Part shown: piece by piece, positions 59,995 through 64,000 of the stretch
Layout: each line of letters begins with the position of its first letter
Position numbering within the stretch: position 1 is the stretch's first letter
Assembly (NCBI GenBank): GCA_950097015.1
Contig: CATNEN010000034.1
Location: forward strand, 6,076,001-6,140,000
Length of the DNA stretch: 64,000 nt
DNA from: Macrostomum hystrix
Lineage: Eukaryota > Animalia > Platyhelminthes
Direction: 5' to 3'
The notes under the pieces: model-generated
Seen by the model: the letters and a program-made list of their open reading frames with translations, nothing else
What the model was told of the DNA's origin: nothing
The model's database searches: none
Made by a program: the position numbers and the translations under genes

Positions 59995-60375
59995 GGTGTT
60001 TTATAGACTGGGATTTTATAGGATGGGATTTTATAGACTGGGATTTTATAGACTGGGATTTTATAGACTGGGATTTTATAGACTGGGATTTTATAGACTG
60101 GGATTTTATAGACTGGGATTTTATAGACTGGGATTTTATAGACTGGGATTTTATAGACTGGGATTTTATAGACTGGGATTTTATAGACTGGGATTTTATA
60201 GACTGGGATTTTATAGACTGGGATTTTATAGACTGGGATTTTATAGACTGGGATTTTATAGACTGGGATTTTATAGACTGGGATTTTACAGACTGGGATT
60301 TTATAGACTGGAATTTTATAGACTGGGATTTTATAGACTGGGATTTTATAGACAGTGATTTTATAGACAGTGATT
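59995..60375. repeat. 15-bp minisatellite (ttatagactgggatt), about 25 copies, upstream of the first coding exon of UBAC2
   Basis: Explains the DWDFI/LGFYR/SQSIK ORFs. Confidence 0.96.
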
Positions 60376-60461
60376 TCACATGTTGTTTTCTTCGCACTGT
60401 GATTTCAAGTGTGGCCATGTCTAATTCTCCCCGAATTGCAGTCGGTGACCTCCTTTGCCGG

Positions 60462-62107
60462 ATGTTCTCGCCGCACAGTCACTCCGGTTTCCACCAGGCC
60501 ACGGTGTCCAAGTGCCTGCTAGCCACTGTGGTCGTATCCAGCATTCTGCTTAGCCTGCCTCTCAATGCCTACAGAGCGTACTTTGTCAATGCCAGCAAGG
60601 CCTCGCCAGCTTTCACTTATGTCACATCCAAGCTGGTGTTCCTGGACACCAAGGATCTGATACCCGGCGCCCTGTTGCTATACTATTTCCGAATATTTGA
60701 GCGTCGTTATGGGCAGAGAAAATTTTGCTCATTTCTGCTGTTTAGCCTGGCATGCGGCCTATTGTTGGAGGCTCTGGTCTTCAGCCTGCTCCAGTCCTGG
60801 ATTCTCGGCCTCGCTTCGCCGTCCGGACCCGTGTCGCTGGTCTTCTCGCTGTTTGTTCCATTCTTTGTTGAGGTGCGGCTGGCCTTAATCACTGCGCTTG
60901 CCATAGTGCCTGACCTAAATGCTGGAGTGCCTGACCTAAATGCTGGAGTGCCTGACCTAAATGCTGGAGTTACTAACCTAAATACTGGAGTGCCTGGCCT
61001 AAATGCTGGAGTTACTAACCTAAATACTGGAGTGCCTGACCTAAATACTGGAGTGACTGACCTAAATTCTGGAGTGCCTGACCTAAATACTGGGGTGACT
61101 GACCTAAATACTGGGGTGACTGACCTAAATTCTGGAGTGCCTGACCTAAATACTGGGGTGACTGACCTAAATACTGGGGTGACTGACCTAAATAGCGGAG
61201 TGACTGACCTAAATAGTGGAGTGCCTGACCCAAATGCTGGACTTACTATCCTAAATAGTGGAGTGACTGACTTAAATAGTGGAGTGACTGACCTAAATAC
61301 TGGAGTGCCTGACCTAAATTGTGGATGGAATGATATAAACACTGGAATGGCTGATCTAAACACTCGAGTGCTTGACCTAAGTGCCTGAATGAATAATAGA
61401 ATAATTCCAAATAACTAGCCTTAAGAATTGAGTACTGACCTAAAGTAAAAATGAATAACCTAAAGATAAGACTCGGTAAACTAAAGACCACAATAACCTA
61501 GCCTAAGCAATTGTCACAGTATAACAGTTCCGTATGCTCACTAAATTGTTACTGGCAGGTGCCGCGGGTAGAATTTGCTCACATTCTTGGCGTACCGGTC
61601 ACCGGCAAGTCGTTCGTGTACCTGCTTGGCCTTCAGCTGGGCTCCAGTGGCTGGGGCGCCGCCCTTCTAGCCGCCTGCGGCCTGCTGACTGGCGCGGCCT
61701 GGCAGCGCTGGTCCAGCGCCATCTTTCGCTGCCTGGCTCCGCCGCTGCCATTGTGCCGCTTAGCCGCCCGCTGGCTGGACCCGCTGCTCCGGTCGAGTGC
61801 GCCAGTCTGGCGACACACCGGTGCCACTCTAGAGCTTCAGCGTCAGGAGCAGCTGGAGCAGTGGGAGCAGCAGATGCGCTCCAGATGGATGACCACTAGC
61901 GGTACTGGCGCCGCAGCTGCTGTCGCCGCCGCCGCCGCAACCGCCGCAGGTGACGACGCGTCGATGTCCCCGCCGGATAATCCTAGCGAGGAGCACATCA
62001 GCCGCCTGACAGACATGGGCTTTCCCAGGCAGAGTGTGGTCCATGCGCTGCGGCTTAGCAACAATAATTTACCAATGGCTATGAATGTGCTGCTTCAGGA
62101 GACCTGA
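60462..62107 (+). CDS. UBAC2: UBA domain-containing protein 2 (rhomboid pseudoprotease + UBA), about 319 aa; exons 60462-60872 and 61559-62107
   Basis: SGFHQATVSKCLL, FRIFERRYGQRKFCSFLL, FVPFFVE|VPRV and KSFVYLLGLQL match UBAC2 as recalled. C-terminal UBA reads EEHISRLTDMGFPRQSVVHALRLSNNNLPMAMNVLL. Confidence 0.92.
60905..61345. repeat. 21-bp minisatellite (ggagtg[c/a]ctgacctaaatact), about 21 copies, UBAC2 intron
   Basis: Tandem array starting about 30 bp after the donor at 60873. Confidence 0.93.
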
Positions 62108-62224
62108 TAAACAATGGCCTAATTGTTGTTGATGTTTTTATGTCCCTTGTCTGACTGCTGACCACTTTATTGAAAGCATGTGTTTTCTTTTCTGTGTATA
62201 GAGATACAGACAGCATAGAAACTT

Positions 62225-62620
62225 GGGGTTTCCCTACGTTTCTATTTTTAGACAAACTGGTAAGGAAATACAAAAAATCGTCTTGCAGCTTACCAAAGTG
62301 GGATTTACCATCGTTGATTTTTTTAGTCTAACTGTGAGGAATCTAATAAGAAAATGCGTCTTTATGCAAGTGATTTACTTGGGATTTCCATCCCATTCTA
62401 TTTTTAGCCAGACTATGGGTAAATACTGAAATTCGTCCTGCAGCTTACCGAATTGGGATTTCCCATTGATTCTATTTATAGTGTAACTGTAGAAGAATAA
62501 GAAAATTTGTCTTACTTCGTCATAGCAATTTGGGATTTCCCTCCCATTCTATTTTTAGCCAGACTATGGGTAAATACTGAAATTCGTCCTGCAGCTTACC
62601 GAATTGGGATTTCCCATGAT
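62225..62620. repeat. ~150-bp repeat, about 2.5-3 copies
   Basis: gggatttcc.tcccattctatttttagccagactatgggtaaatactgaaattcgtcctgcagcttaccgaattgg at 62381 and 62532 (151 bp apart), with a diverged copy from about 62225. Confidence 0.85.
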
Positions 62621-63142
62621 TATATTTCCAATTGTTACAGTCATTTAAGATGATAGCTAAAGTGCTAATTGCATCGTGTATGTACTATATTCCATTGCAT
62701 TCATTAGGCAGGTGTGCATGCATAGTAGTCATATGTTGAAACTCTGTTAACCTAACTGAGCTTTCGTGAACCAACTTTCTAACCTTCATCGTTAGTTCCC
62801 AGTCCCAGTTCCCTAAATAGCTTTTTGTCTGACATGCTTAAATGAGATGTTACATTGTTAAGCTAATTTCTCTCAAAATTGCTTAATTAATATGATGCAG
62901 ATTATGATTATAAAGTATTTTAACACAGATAATCAGTTATGATAGACTACAATAGATTCTAGATAATAGCCCTTACTGACATCCTTACTTTTAAATATGA
63001 AAGCCTTATTTCATTTTGAGATGAGAATATTTTTTAAGTGTTATCATTGTGCACTTTTCACTTAAACATCAATTTGCAATCAACCTTAATTATTACTCTT
63101 GGTACATTCTGACCTGTTTTGTAACCTTTTAGTCATAATTCT

Positions 63143-63465
63143 GAACAGACTGGCTGATCCTGAACAGACTGGCTAATCCTGAACAGACTGACTGATCCTG
63201 AACAGACTGGCTAATCCTGAACAGACTGACTGATCCTGAACAGACTGGCTGATCCTGAACAGACTGGCTGATCCTGAACAGACTGACTGATCCTGAACAG
63301 ACTGGCTGATCCTGAACAGACTGACTGATCCTGAACAGACTGACTGATCCTGAACAGACTGGCTGATCCTGAACAGACTGACTGATCCTGAACAGACTGG
63401 CTGATCCTGAACAGACTGACTGATCCTGAACAGACCGGCTGATCCTGAACAGACTGACTGATCCC
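63143..63465. repeat. 19-bp minisatellite (ctgaacagactg[g/a]ctgatc), about 17 copies
   Basis: Tandem array. Confidence 0.95.
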
Positions 63466-64000
63466 TAATCGTTTTAGACTGGGTGATAATCGATGATAAA
63501 ACTATCTATTTGCACATGCTTGCTTAGTTCTATGTGGTTGTTAGAATATTGCTTATAAAACCATTAAAACTGTACATTCTATCGATTTAGTTTCTGTTTG
63601 CATGCATTCACTTCTGTTGCGCCATGAATTTTCGCTTGCGAATGAAATTATTCAGAGGATCCTGCTGCTTTGTAACCCTGTTTTTATTTATTTTTCTCGT
63701 AATACTACTCTTGTCCACGGGGAGTAGTAATTAGTGAGTGTTTTTATATATTTTAAGCAACGGAATAAACTTTTTTGTTCAAACTGGCAAACAGAAAGCT
63801 GGCCACCAACGATAATGGGAAGTATTTTTGCATCAGATTGCGATCTAGCTTAAAATATGCTGCTAGATGATACTAAATAATCGGATAAATAATCTCACGG
63901 CAGCATAAATAGGAAACAATGGCGATGCCACATTCATAATTAGATGTGTCCATATAGTGATAAGCAATGGCATACGATGCAATGCTAGCTTTAACTGCTA

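Noticed and set aside
59991-61388. 465-aa ORF as a DWDFI-repeat/UBAC2/VPDLNTG-repeat fusion protein
   Set aside because: It is the UBAC2 first coding exon flanked by two minisatellites that happen to be open in frame. A good acceptor (60441) and donor (60873) bracket the real exon.

Overview
Eukaryotic (metazoan) genomic DNA with GC-rich exons, AT-rich introns and many minisatellites. The overall style resembles the flatworm Macrostomum, but that is an inference and was not verified. In order, the window contains: a Phantom/MULE DNA transposon end whose PHD-FLYWCH-MULE transposase has a premature stop; a two-exon Bcl-2 family gene; a tRNA-derived SINE (about 4 copies or fragments); a complete 19-exon axonemal inner-arm dynein heavy chain (DNAH3-like, about 4073 aa) with a single +1 frameshift at 20172; a 5'-truncated RTE-like LINE; an intronless RING/TRAF-zinc-finger ORF; two tandem divergent tetraspanin genes; a CDC50/TMEM30 flippase subunit with candidate alternative last exons; and UBAC2. 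Many introns carry their own private tandem repeat (15-38 bp units), including a 6.1 kb 24-mer array with higher-order structure. No CRISPR array, rRNA or true tRNA gene was found. Exon boundaries were called by eye from GT-AG sites, reading-frame continuity and remembered homologue motifs. No database searches were run.
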